This document shows, in pieces, positions 1 to 9,335 of a stretch of DNA of 64,000 bases. A program made the translations under genes and the position numbers. Position 1 is the stretch's first letter. Every line of letters starts with the position of its first letter. Below the pieces are notes generated by a model. It did not search any database and was not told where the DNA came from. It saw only the letters and a list, made by a program, of their open reading frames with translations. The DNA is from Chitinophagaceae bacterium (GTDB lineage: Bacteria > Bacteroidota > Bacteroidia > Chitinophagales > Chitinophagaceae): the NCBI GenBank assembly GCA_036007765.1, contig DASYOM010000164.1, forward strand, positions 5,512-69,511, read 5' to 3'.

Positions 1-420
1 TTGTTCATTACTTACAGGTTGAGTATTTTTTAAGCTAACAATCCAGGCATTTCCTTCCCGTGTAAAACCAAGTTTTCTTTTTGTATCAAAATAAGTTACT
101 CTTTTGTTCCCACTTATTTCCCGCTCCCGGCTTTTAATCCCCTGATCCATAATTACAGAATCAATTATCATAGGCTCCTGGAGGTCTATTTGAAAATAAT
201 CTATGTGATTTTTTTGAATTTCTTTGTAGCTGATAATATTATACCCGTTTATGGTGCTATCGGAGAAATTAAATTTTACATATAGATTATATTTGGTTAC
301 ATCCCACCATGACCTTCCGGGGCCGATGCTTCCACGTAACGTATCTGCATGAGTGAATGGCTGTGACATCACGTTAAAAAATATAAATGATAAACAAAAC
401 GCAATGGTTATCTTTTTCAT
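1..420 (-). CDS. M1 family metallo-aminopeptidase, N-terminal part (runs off the window's left edge)
   Basis: Manual translation from ATG 420: MKKITIAFCLSFIFFNVMSQPFTHADTLRGSIGPGRSWWDVTKYNL...QIDLQEPMIIDSV. Signal peptide plus the FTxADTLRG..WWD start typical of Bacteroidota M1 peptidases. Not in the ORF track. Confidence 0.8.
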   Translation of the reverse strand, partial: MKKITIAFCLSFIFFNVMSQPFTHADTLRGSIGPGRSWWDVTKYNLYVKFNFSDSTINGYNIISYKEIQKNHIDYFQIDLQEPMIIDSVIMDQGIKSREREISGNKRVTYFDTKRKLGFTREGNAWIVSLKNTQPVSNEQ

Positions 421-467
421 TTGCTAAATTTATTTTTTCTAAGTCAAAGATGGAGTTAAAAAATTAA

Positions 468-2114
468 TTGCCCTTGCCGGTTATAAAATTTTCAAATAAT
501 ATATATTTCGCTATAGGAATTTTAATAGCATTCGCATTTTCATCATGCGGCAATCGTGGGAAGGGAAAAAATATTTTCCATTACAATGAGCAAACTGGTA
601 TTGCCACTCTTGACCCCGCATTTGCAAAAAATCAATCAATTATGTGGGCGGTCCACCAGCTATACAATACACTTGTACAAACTGATGACAACCTTAATAT
701 TATTCCATCCCTGGCGAAAAGCTGGGAAGAATCAGGAGATAACATGCGCTTTGTTTTTCATTTGCGCAATGATGTTTTTTTTCATGATAATGATGCATTC
801 CCAAACGGTAAAGGAAGAAGAATGACTGCAAAGGATGTCGTGTATAGTTTTAGCCGCATCATGGATAAGAATACAGCCAGCAGCGGCGCATGGATTTTTA
901 ATGGAAGAGTCGATTCCCTGACTCCTTTTACTGCAGTTGATGATACAACATTTCAATTGCAGCTGAAGTCGCCTTTCCATCCTGTGCTTGGAATATTGAG
1001 TATGCAATACTGTTCTATTATTCCACATGAAGTAGTTGACAAATATGGTAAAGATTTTCGAAGCCATCCATGTGGCACAGGCCCTTTTCAATTTGTTGCC
1101 TGGGAAGAAGGTCAGGCATTGATACTGAAAAAAAATCCTCTTTATTTTGAAAGAGATAGTTCAGGGAACAGGCTTCCATATCTTAATGGCATATCGGTTT
1201 CTTTCTTCGAAAATAAGGCAACAGAGTTCCTGGAATTTCAACAGAGAAGGCTCGATTTCATAAATGACATTGATGCTTCTTTTAAAGACGAAGTGCTTAC
1301 CAAAAAAGGAGAGCTTCGTAAAGACTGGCAGGGTAAAATCATTCTTGAAAAGCATCCTTACCTTAATATAGAATACCTCGGCATCCTGCAGGATACAACT
1401 AAAGAAGTAGTAAAAAATTCTCCCCTCCGGAATTTAAAAATAAGGCAGGCAATTAATTATGGTTTTAACAGGAGAAAAATGATGTTGTACATTCGTAATT
1501 CAATCGGTATTCCTGCAGAAAGTGGTTTTGTGCCATCCGGACTTCCTTCGCTTGATTCTTCTGCGGTTATAGGTTACCGTTACAATCCCGAAAAAGCCTT
1601 GCAGTTATTAAAAGAAGCCGGATATCCTAATGGTGCAGGCCTGCCGGTGATCCCACTTCTTACTATTCCTGTATATGCAGACCTGGCAAGTTATATTGCC
1701 AGTGAATTGCTACAGGTTGGAATAAAAATACAGGTTGAAACTGTGCAGAAAAGCTTATTGCTGGAGCAAACTGCAAAGTCGGAGGCATTGTTCTTTCGCG
1801 GAAGCTGGATTGCTGATTATCCGGACGCTGAAAATTATCTTAGTGTGTTTTATGGGCGAAATCCTGCACCTCCAAATTATACACGTTATAATAACCCTGC
1901 ATTTGATAAACTTTATGAGCAGGCGTTATCAGAAAAAAATGATTCTATGCGATATAAGATCTATCAACATGCCGATCAAATAATGATTAATGATTCACCA
2001 GTTGTGCCCCTGTGGTATGATATGGTGATACATTTGGTACAACCATATGTAAAAAACTTCATACCTAACAGTCTGAACTTGCTTGAACTAAGAAGAGTAC
2101 ATTTGAACGAGTAA
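468..2114 (+). CDS. ABC transporter substrate-binding lipoprotein, family 5 (OppA/DppA-like)
   Basis: Lipobox FSSC; TLDPA, LAKSWE, FHLRNDVFFHD, GTGPF and WIADYPDAENYL motifs. Confidence 0.9.
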   Translation: MPLPVIKFSNNIYFAIGILIAFAFSSCGNRGKGKNIFHYNEQTGIATLDPAFAKNQSIMWAVHQLYNTLVQTDDNLNIIPSLAKSWEESGDNMRFVFHLRNDVFFHDNDAFPNGKGRRMTAKDVVYSFSRIMDKNTASSGAWIFNGRVDSLTPFTAVDDTTFQLQLKSPFHPVLGILSMQYCSIIPHEVVDKYGKDFRSHPCGTGPFQFVAWEEGQALILKKNPLYFERDSSGNRLPYLNGISVSFFENKATEFLEFQQRRLDFINDIDASFKDEVLTKKGELRKDWQGKIILEKHPYLNIEYLGILQDTTKEVVKNSPLRNLKIRQAINYGFNRRKMMLYIRNSIGIPAESGFVPSGLPSLDSSAVIGYRYNPEKALQLLKEAGYPNGAGLPVIPLLTIPVYADLASYIASELLQVGIKIQVETVQKSLLLEQTAKSEALFFRGSWIADYPDAENYLSVFYGRNPAPPNYTRYNNPAFDKLYEQALSEKNDSMRYKIYQHADQIMINDSPVVPLWYDMVIHLVQPYVKNFIPNSLNLLELRRVHLNE

Positions 2115-2206
2115 TTTCTGTTATAAGTTAAACATCGTATAATCCAATCCGTTATAAATAATAAAGCGTATCTTACCTCATTCTCTACCTTTAATTTCCA
2201 TTATTA

Positions 2207-2995
2207 ATGATTGCCATTTTGTTGTTCTTTTTTTGCCACTGGTTCTTCTCATTATTTTTTCACTCATTTTTCCTGCACCGTTTTGCCTCGCACCAAATGT
2301 ATACCACTTCGAAAAGATGGGAAAAGGCTTTTTATGTTATGACATGGCTTACACAAGGATCGTCATATCTTGTACCAAGGGCATACGCCGTTATGCATCG
2401 AATGCATCATACATATAGCGACACAGAAAAAGATCCACATTCGCCCCATTTCTTTAAAGATATATGGCACATGATGATTAATACAGTCATTATCTTCAGG
2501 GGATTTCATACCGGTAAAAATTTGCCAGATCCACAGTTCACAAAAGAATACATTCCTATGTGGGATAAGCTTGATAAATTAGGACACCATACCGTTACAA
2601 GAATTCTGTTTGGTGCGCTGTACACAACCTTTTATATTATTTTCGCGCCAAACTTCTGGTGGTTTCTTTTGCTTCCCATACATTTTATTATGGGCCCTAT
2701 CCAGGGTGCAATCGTAAATTGGTTTGGGCATAAAATGGGCTATTCAAATTACGATAATGGCGACCATTCCCGGAACACTACACCGTGGGGCATAATCATG
2801 ATGGGAGAACTGTTTCAAAATAACCATCACTTTAAGAAGTTTGATCCGAACTTTGCGAAGAAATGGTACGAGTTTGATATGACTTTTATTGTAATGAAAG
2901 GCTTACATCGTTTGAAAATTATCCGGTTCATACCACAAGCTGTTGCTATGCCTGCAACAATTTCAAATGAGGAAATAGTTAAAGCTTCGGCATAA
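2207..2995 (+). CDS. Acyl-CoA (delta-9 type) fatty acid desaturase
   Basis: His boxes HRFASH, HRMHH and QNNHH; hydrophobic segments. Confidence 0.9.
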   Translation: MIAILLFFFCHWFFSLFFHSFFLHRFASHQMYTTSKRWEKAFYVMTWLTQGSSYLVPRAYAVMHRMHHTYSDTEKDPHSPHFFKDIWHMMINTVIIFRGFHTGKNLPDPQFTKEYIPMWDKLDKLGHHTVTRILFGALYTTFYIIFAPNFWWFLLLPIHFIMGPIQGAIVNWFGHKMGYSNYDNGDHSRNTTPWGIIMMGELFQNNHHFKKFDPNFAKKWYEFDMTFIVMKGLHRLKIIRFIPQAVAMPATISNEEIVKASA

Positions 2996-3055
2996 CAAGG
3001 CTCAGTATTCAAGCTTATACTCCCTGGAGTACTTCTAAAAAATCTTAGAAAACTA

Positions 3056-3733
3056 TTAAAGATTAATTCTCAGCCCGGCCTGTGGTATCAGCATGTTAGT
3101 TCGGGAATTCTTTTCAATGAAAGAAACCTGTGCATTATTATTAATGTATGGATCAGTAAGGTAAGTAGTATTAGCACCAACTATATAAGCGACTTTCAGT
3201 TCAAGGCCAAGGTCATCTCTTTTATTAAGAGGAATATCTATGCCACCGGCAGCCCCATAAGAAAAAGCCCAGTGTGCTTTTGTTGAATTGGAATAAGAAG
3301 AATTATAATCACTGTAATAAGTAAGCCGCTCCACACTCACTGTTGAGAAAAAAACATTCCATCCGGCTGTAAGATCAATAAAGGGTTTCAGTTTACCAGG
3401 CCTGGTTGGCTGAAATCTTGTAAGAAACATTAATGAAAAAATATTACTGGTAGCGCTTACTTTAAAATCATCATAGAATCCATTTATATAACCTGAAAAA
3501 TATTGCGTGGCCCGGCCTTTTTCCTGCATTCCTAATTCAATCCCAAATTTTACAAATCTTGACTTTCCAGGTTTAAATAAAAAATTTGCCCTCAATCCAT
3601 AACCGGCATCCGGGTTTGCATCTTTATAATCACCCTCGGGCACGGCCAGTTGTGCATCTAATGATATTGTAAATTTTTGCCCGTAAGACATTGAAGCGAT
3701 CGCCATCAAAATAAGTGTTAAGAAATATTTCAT
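3056..3733 (-). CDS. Outer-membrane beta-barrel protein
   Basis: Signal peptide, alternating aromatic/Gly beta strands, C-terminal strand QAGLRINL. Confidence 0.7.
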   Translation of the reverse strand: MKYFLTLILMAIASMSYGQKFTISLDAQLAVPEGDYKDANPDAGYGLRANFLFKPGKSRFVKFGIELGMQEKGRATQYFSGYINGFYDDFKVSATSNIFSLMFLTRFQPTRPGKLKPFIDLTAGWNVFFSTVSVERLTYYSDYNSSYSNSTKAHWAFSYGAAGGIDIPLNKRDDLGLELKVAYIVGANTTYLTDPYINNNAQVSFIEKNSRTNMLIPQAGLRINL

Positions 3734-3743
3734 AATAGATTCT

Positions 3744-4290
3744 TTATTGTTTTAGCACATCAGCAAAAACTTTTTTTAATTTATCCATCTTGGGTTTAAT
3801 CACAAAATAACAATAAGGTTGCGAACCATGGTTCTTGTAATAATCGCGGTGATAATTTTCTGCTTCATAAAAATTTGTAAAAGGCTCAATAGCGGTTACA
3901 ATAGGTTTATCGAACGATCCGCTTTTTCCAATTCCTGTTTATATTTTTCGGCTTTCTCTTTTTGTTCGTTATTGTGATAAAATATGACGCTCCTGTATTG
4001 CGGGCCAGAATCATTTCCCTGCCTGTTCAATGTGGTAGGATCATGGGTTCCCCAGAAAACTTCTAATAATTTCTCGAAGTTTATTTTGGAAGGATCATAT
4101 TCAATTTCAAGAACTTCTGCATGGCCTGTTTGCTTACCACAAACCTGCTCATACGAAGGGTTTTCAACATCTCCGCCATATAGCCGCTGATTACTTTTTC
4201 AACTCCTTCAAGTTGTTGAAAAACCGCTTCTGTGCACCAGACGCAGCCATTACCAAATGTCGCTGTTTCTGTTTTATTATTTTCTGCCAC
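3744..4290 (-). pseudogene. msrA: Peptide-methionine (S)-S-oxide reductase, two apparent 1-bp deletions
   Basis: [13 protein letters not shown], then a frameshift near 4180 restores [37 protein letters not shown] second shift near 3925 restores [22 protein letters not shown]; stop at 3744-3746. Confidence 0.85.
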
Positions 4291-4600
4291 TTTCCGATTT
4301 TAGTTTATAGTGTTATGTAACATTATTTACTTAGACATCCAAAGATAAGTTGTGCATATATTAATTTTATAAATGCAATAATATTTAACAATGAAAGTGC
4401 CAACTTCTGTAATTTAATAAAACAAGGAACAGGAAGATTACATCCGTTAATTTCCTGCAGTCTGTTTTATTGGAGAAAATAGAACTCCGGTAATCACTCC
4501 ATTTTTTTATCACTTCATCTGCTGATGCATCTGCATTATCAACAGGGGATGCAGTCAAAAGAATTCTCTCAATCAGTGACCAATGTTTTGCGCCGTTTTT

Positions 4601-5299
4601 TTATTCTGATGCTTCTTTGTTAATGTCTACAATGATTGCATTCGCTTGTGTTATTGTACTATCATAATTGGATGTAGCAGCTCTAAAATTATATTCTAAA
4701 AAATAAAGCATTGAGTGCATTTTTTTTGTAGTTAAAAAATTGTTTAATGATAAATTCCCCAGTTCATTTTGACCTGTATTTAGAATTTTAATTTGTTCAT
4801 TATTCATAAAGTTAGCTTCTGTAATCAAATTGGGGATGGTCTGTTGATAGTATGTCAATATACTGTTCTTCAATTTATCATTTTCAATTGTCCCAATTTT
4901 TCCACTTGACTTAAAACCTTCGTACCTGCCACTATTGAAGTTAGTAGTAAAGGAAATTATATCTGTATATGGACCCAAAATTGTATCGTTAACCTGGTCC
5001 TTTTTTAATGATAATATATATTTGTAATTAGAGTCCAACCTTATCGAGGTTTGTTTATTATCTTTTAGCAGCTTAATGTCGTGTGTTAAGTCTTCTCTTA
5101 ATTCAATTAAGAATTTCTTTGCTTCTTTTTGTTCATGCCTGTGTTCACTCCAACTGTGTAACCAAATTGAAAGAGTTACAGCAAAAACGATTATGAAAAT
5201 TTCGATTATTATTTCTTTTAATTTCGCGCTGAAAGTATGATTAGTGCTTTTAACTGTTTCGTAAATTCTTTTAGTATGTTTTTTTACTTCTTCGTGCAT
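4601..5299 (-). CDS. DUF6090-like protein (one N-terminal TM plus coiled coil)
   Basis: EIFIIVFAVTLSIWLHSWSE TM segment; FKSSGKIGTIENDKLK motif. Confidence 0.6.
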   Translation of the reverse strand: MHEEVKKHTKRIYETVKSTNHTFSAKLKEIIIEIFIIVFAVTLSIWLHSWSEHRHEQKEAKKFLIELREDLTHDIKLLKDNKQTSIRLDSNYKYILSLKKDQVNDTILGPYTDIISFTTNFNSGRYEGFKSSGKIGTIENDKLKNSILTYYQQTIPNLITEANFMNNEQIKILNTGQNELGNLSLNNFLTTKKMHSMLYFLEYNFRAATSNYDSTITQANAIIVDINKEASE

Positions 5300-5623
5300 A
5301 TTCTGTTGTAAATTTTATCTGTCCATTTTATAAGGTTTCATTTTTTTAAAACTTTAAATAGTTAAAGCGTTTTATCGATTCGCTCAACAAATATATTATA
5401 CGAGCCCTCATTTACAATTCGCTTTTTTCATAGCAAAGTTCGTCAAGCCAACTTTTGTTGAAAACAATATTATATTAAAGAGGTAAAAACATCTAAATCC
5501 GGGTATCCTTAAATAATTTGCATGTATGAAGTAAAGCGAATGCACTAAAACTTAAAATGAAATTCTTTTTCAATATTGTTAACCATGCATATTAAATTGA
5601 AGGTCTAAAAAACTAAAACCCGG

Positions 5624-7978
5624 ATGAAACAAGTTATCTTCTCTATAGCAATGGCTCTTACAAGCCTTGTATGCTGCAGCCAGCAAGAGGAAACTATGAA
5701 GGGTAAAATTAATGCCGCGGCAAAACACAACATCAGTGGCACTATCAGGAATAAGATAACCGGGGAAAGTATTATTGGGGCAACGATAAAAGTCCTCAAT
5801 AACCGGGAAGCAATTATCAGCAATGAATATGGATTTTTTTCTCTTACGCTTCCCGAAGGAAATTATATTTTAGAGATCAGCTATGCGGGGTTACCTAAAT
5901 TGATAAAAGAGATTCATCTTTTTACCAATCTTACTTCTGATATCTATCTGGATGAATATTCAAAAACACTGGATGAGGTTGTGATAAACAATTCAATCCC
6001 CGGGAGGAGTGTATCAGGTACACAGATGGGCACAGAGCGGCTTTCAATACAGGAAATGAAATACATACCCCAGCTTTTTGGTGAGAAAGACCCGATGAAG
6101 GCCATCCAGTTGTTGCCGGGAATAAAAGCCGTTAGTGAAGGTAATAGCGGCATTTATGTAAGGGGAGGAGCGGCAGATCAAAACCTGATATTGCTTGATG
6201 AAGCGCCTGTGTATAATGCATCGCATCTGTTGGGATTTTTTTCAACCTTTAATCCGGATGCTATAAAAGATATCACCGTTTATAAAACCGGAATGCCTGC
6301 TCAATATGGAGGCAGGTTGTCTTCTGTAGTTGACATCCGCATGAACGATGGCAACAGCCAGGATTATACCATTAGTGGCGGCCTTGGCTTGATCTCTTCT
6401 AAATTAAATATTGAAGGGCCTGTTCAAAAAGATAAATCTTCATTCCTTGTATCTGGCCGCAGCACCTATGTAGATTTGTTCCTGAAGTTATCTAACGATT
6501 CTATTATCAACAGGAATAAAATAGGTTTCTATGATTTGAATGCAAAGATGAATTTTACGATGGGTAAAAAAGATAAATTATTTATATCCGGTTATTTTGG
6601 AAACGACCACCTTAATGCCGGTGATAACTTTGGCTTATACTGGGGCAATACTACCGGTACACTCCGCTGGAACCATATTTACAGCAATAAAATTTTCGCG
6701 AATAGTTCTCTTATTTATAGCAATTTTAATTATGGCATCAATTTGAAACTTGGCGCCAATGATGTAAATATTTTCTCACAAATACGCGATTGGAATTTGA
6801 AAGAAGAATTACAATGGAACCCTAACGCTCAGCATACATTTCGTATCGGCATCAATTCTATTTATCATGCCATTCAGCCGGGCAATGTAACTTCTTCCCT
6901 TACTTCAAGCTTTAATAATGTGGTGTTTCAAAAAAGATTTTCATCTGAAAACGCACTTTATTTTTCCGATGCCTGGAAACTGAATAATAAGTGGAACCTT
7001 ACTTACGGAACCCGGCTCTCAGGTTTTAGCATCCTTGGCAAAGGCGATTTTTATAATCTTGATGATAGGGGAAAAATTACTGATACCATCCGTATTGATG
7101 AGGGGAAAATTTTAAAAACTTATTTGAATATTGAGCCGCGCCTTGCAGTAAGTTACCTGCTTACTAATTCCTCTTCTTTAAAAGCATCGTATGTTAGAAA
7201 TACCCAGAACCTTCATTTGATCTCCAACTCTACTTCTGCAAGGCCAACAGACAGGTGGGTAGCAAGCACCAATAATATAAAGCCCGAAACATCAAGCCAG
7301 GTATCACTTGGATATTATAAAAATTTATTGGGAATTAAATATGAGCTTACTGTTGAAACATATTTCAAAGGCATGCAAAACCAAATTGATTACAGGGATG
7401 GCTCTGATATTACTGATGCCAATGCATTGGAAACACAATTACTTTATGGTAAAGGCAGGGCTTACGGATTAGAGTTTTTGTTCAGGAAAAAATCAGGGAG
7501 GTTTACAGGCTGGTTGAGTTATACTTTATCAAAATCAGAAAAGAAAATAGATGGTATAAATAACAATGAATGGTACAACGCCCGGCAGGACAGAACACAT
7601 GAAATTGCAATCGTTGGCACTTACAAGCTGAAAAAAAAATGGACCCTTTCCGCCAATTGGGTTTTATACACCGGTGATGCCGTTTCTTTTCCCGAAGGAA
7701 AATACAATATCGGCACCGAAACTTTTTTTTATTACACAAAAAGAAATGGTTACCGCATGCCGACCTATCACCGCCTTGACCTTGCAGCTACAAAAGTTTT
7801 GAAACAAAAAAAACGTTTTACATCCGAACTGTCTTTTAGTTTATACAACGCCTATGGCCGTGAAAATGCATATAGTATTACTTTTCGGGATAAAAAGGCT
7901 GAGCCGTTAAAAACTGAAGCCGTTAAGACAACTTTATTCCGCTTCATACCTTCTATCTCTTACAACTTTAAATTTTAA
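5624..7978 (+). CDS. TonB-dependent receptor with carboxypeptidase-regulatory-like N-domain
   Basis: ISGTIR..TGESIIGATI, SNEYGFFSL, plug motif VRGG..DQNLILLD; C-terminal YNFKF. Confidence 0.92.
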   Translation: MKQVIFSIAMALTSLVCCSQQEETMKGKINAAAKHNISGTIRNKITGESIIGATIKVLNNREAIISNEYGFFSLTLPEGNYILEISYAGLPKLIKEIHLFTNLTSDIYLDEYSKTLDEVVINNSIPGRSVSGTQMGTERLSIQEMKYIPQLFGEKDPMKAIQLLPGIKAVSEGNSGIYVRGGAADQNLILLDEAPVYNASHLLGFFSTFNPDAIKDITVYKTGMPAQYGGRLSSVVDIRMNDGNSQDYTISGGLGLISSKLNIEGPVQKDKSSFLVSGRSTYVDLFLKLSNDSIINRNKIGFYDLNAKMNFTMGKKDKLFISGYFGNDHLNAGDNFGLYWGNTTGTLRWNHIYSNKIFANSSLIYSNFNYGINLKLGANDVNIFSQIRDWNLKEELQWNPNAQHTFRIGINSIYHAIQPGNVTSSLTSSFNNVVFQKRFSSENALYFSDAWKLNNKWNLTYGTRLSGFSILGKGDFYNLDDRGKITDTIRIDEGKILKTYLNIEPRLAVSYLLTNSSSLKASYVRNTQNLHLISNSTSARPTDRWVASTNNIKPETSSQVSLGYYKNLLGIKYELTVETYFKGMQNQIDYRDGSDITDANALETQLLYGKGRAYGLEFLFRKKSGRFTGWLSYTLSKSEKKIDGINNNEWYNARQDRTHEIAIVGTYKLKKKWTLSANWVLYTGDAVSFPEGKYNIGTETFFYYTKRNGYRMPTYHRLDLAATKVLKQKKRFTSELSFSLYNAYGRENAYSITFRDKKAEPLKTEAVKTTLFRFIPSISYNFKF

Positions 7979-7983
7979 TTTGT

Positions 7984-8877
7984 ATGCTTGCGATAATATC
8001 TCGTTTAAAAATTAAAATCATTTCTTACGGATCTGGCCGGCTGAGTCACGGGCAACTGTGGCTTATTAACTGTAAAAAAAATATAGTAACATTTCCCGTA
8101 TTCATAATTTTCTTCTTAATATTTTCTTCATGCGAAAAGGTAATTAATATAGATCTTAAAAAGGCGGAATCAAAATATGTGATCGAAGCTTATGTAAGTA
8201 ATGAGCCGGGCGATTGCAAAGTACATATTACCCAAACTGTAAATTTTAGTGATCCGGCTGATTTCCCTGGTGTACCAGGCGCTGTTGTAACCATGCAGGA
8301 TGATAACAATACACCGGTTGCGCTCGTAGAAACCGGCTATGGTATGTATGAATCTAAAGATATTAATGGAACTGAAGATCATACTTACTCACTTTTAGTA
8401 AAAGTGAACGGACAGGTTTTTACATCCGTTAGTCAAATGCCTAAACAGGTAAACTTCGATAGTTTAAGTATTGTGGATTTCAGGTCGTTTGACGGTAACA
8501 GGAAATTCGCTAATGTAACTTTTGACGATCCTTCAGGTAAAGGAAATGCCTATCGTTTTCTTCAATATAAAAATGAAATTCTTAATAAAAATATTTTTGT
8601 TCTGAATGATGACTTTACCGACGGAAGAATTAATAATTCTCTTTTGACATACTTCGATCGAACCTATGAAGAGCGCATTGAAACGGGCGATTCCATAAAA
8701 GTAGAAATGCAATGTGTAGATTTCGCGGTTTATAAATTTTTTTCCAGTCTTAGCCAAAGCAGTACTGGCAGCAGCGATAATGTATCTCCCGGAAATCCGG
8801 TTAGTAATATACAGGGTGGGGCATTAGGTTATTTCAGCGCTTATACAAAGCAAAAAAAAATTGTTCTTGCAAAATAA
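7984..8877 (+). CDS. DUF4249 family lipoprotein (TBDR partner); true start may be downstream
   Basis: Lipobox FSSCEKVI; C-terminal PGNPVSNIQGGALGYFSA; directly follows the TBDR. Confidence 0.8.
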   Translation: MLAIISRLKIKIISYGSGRLSHGQLWLINCKKNIVTFPVFIIFFLIFSSCEKVINIDLKKAESKYVIEAYVSNEPGDCKVHITQTVNFSDPADFPGVPGAVVTMQDDNNTPVALVETGYGMYESKDINGTEDHTYSLLVKVNGQVFTSVSQMPKQVNFDSLSIVDFRSFDGNRKFANVTFDDPSGKGNAYRFLQYKNEILNKNIFVLNDDFTDGRINNSLLTYFDRTYEERIETGDSIKVEMQCVDFAVYKFFSSLSQSSTGSSDNVSPGNPVSNIQGGALGYFSAYTKQKKIVLAK

Positions 8878-9335
8878 GATTATGTTGAAAGTGGAACATA
8901 AAGTAACACCAGCATGAACTCACTTTTATAGACTGTATAACCTTTCACATTCATACATGTAGAATGATGCAGCAAATTATAGAAGCGCAATTACAAAAGA
9001 AAAAGGCAAAGAGTGTTGTAAAAGAACGACACATCGCCTTAGGCTCCCCAGATACCAAAGGCAATGTCATACAAATGAAACTGCGCCGTATCATCTTTGT
9101 TGGTGATGATGGCTGATGAAATGTTGAAAAGTCAATACATTCTTCATTCCCGGAGATAAACCAGCCATTTAATTACTTCATCATGGTGTGGATAATTAAT
9201 CATAATAGATTTCTCAATGCTCTTTTTTTTAGTTTAACTTGAGTTCAATTTAATAGCAATTATCAAGATGGGCTTCGCATCCCGGATTAGCCTATTTAAA
9301 TAATTAAACAGCATTCAATATCTAAACTTCATAAT

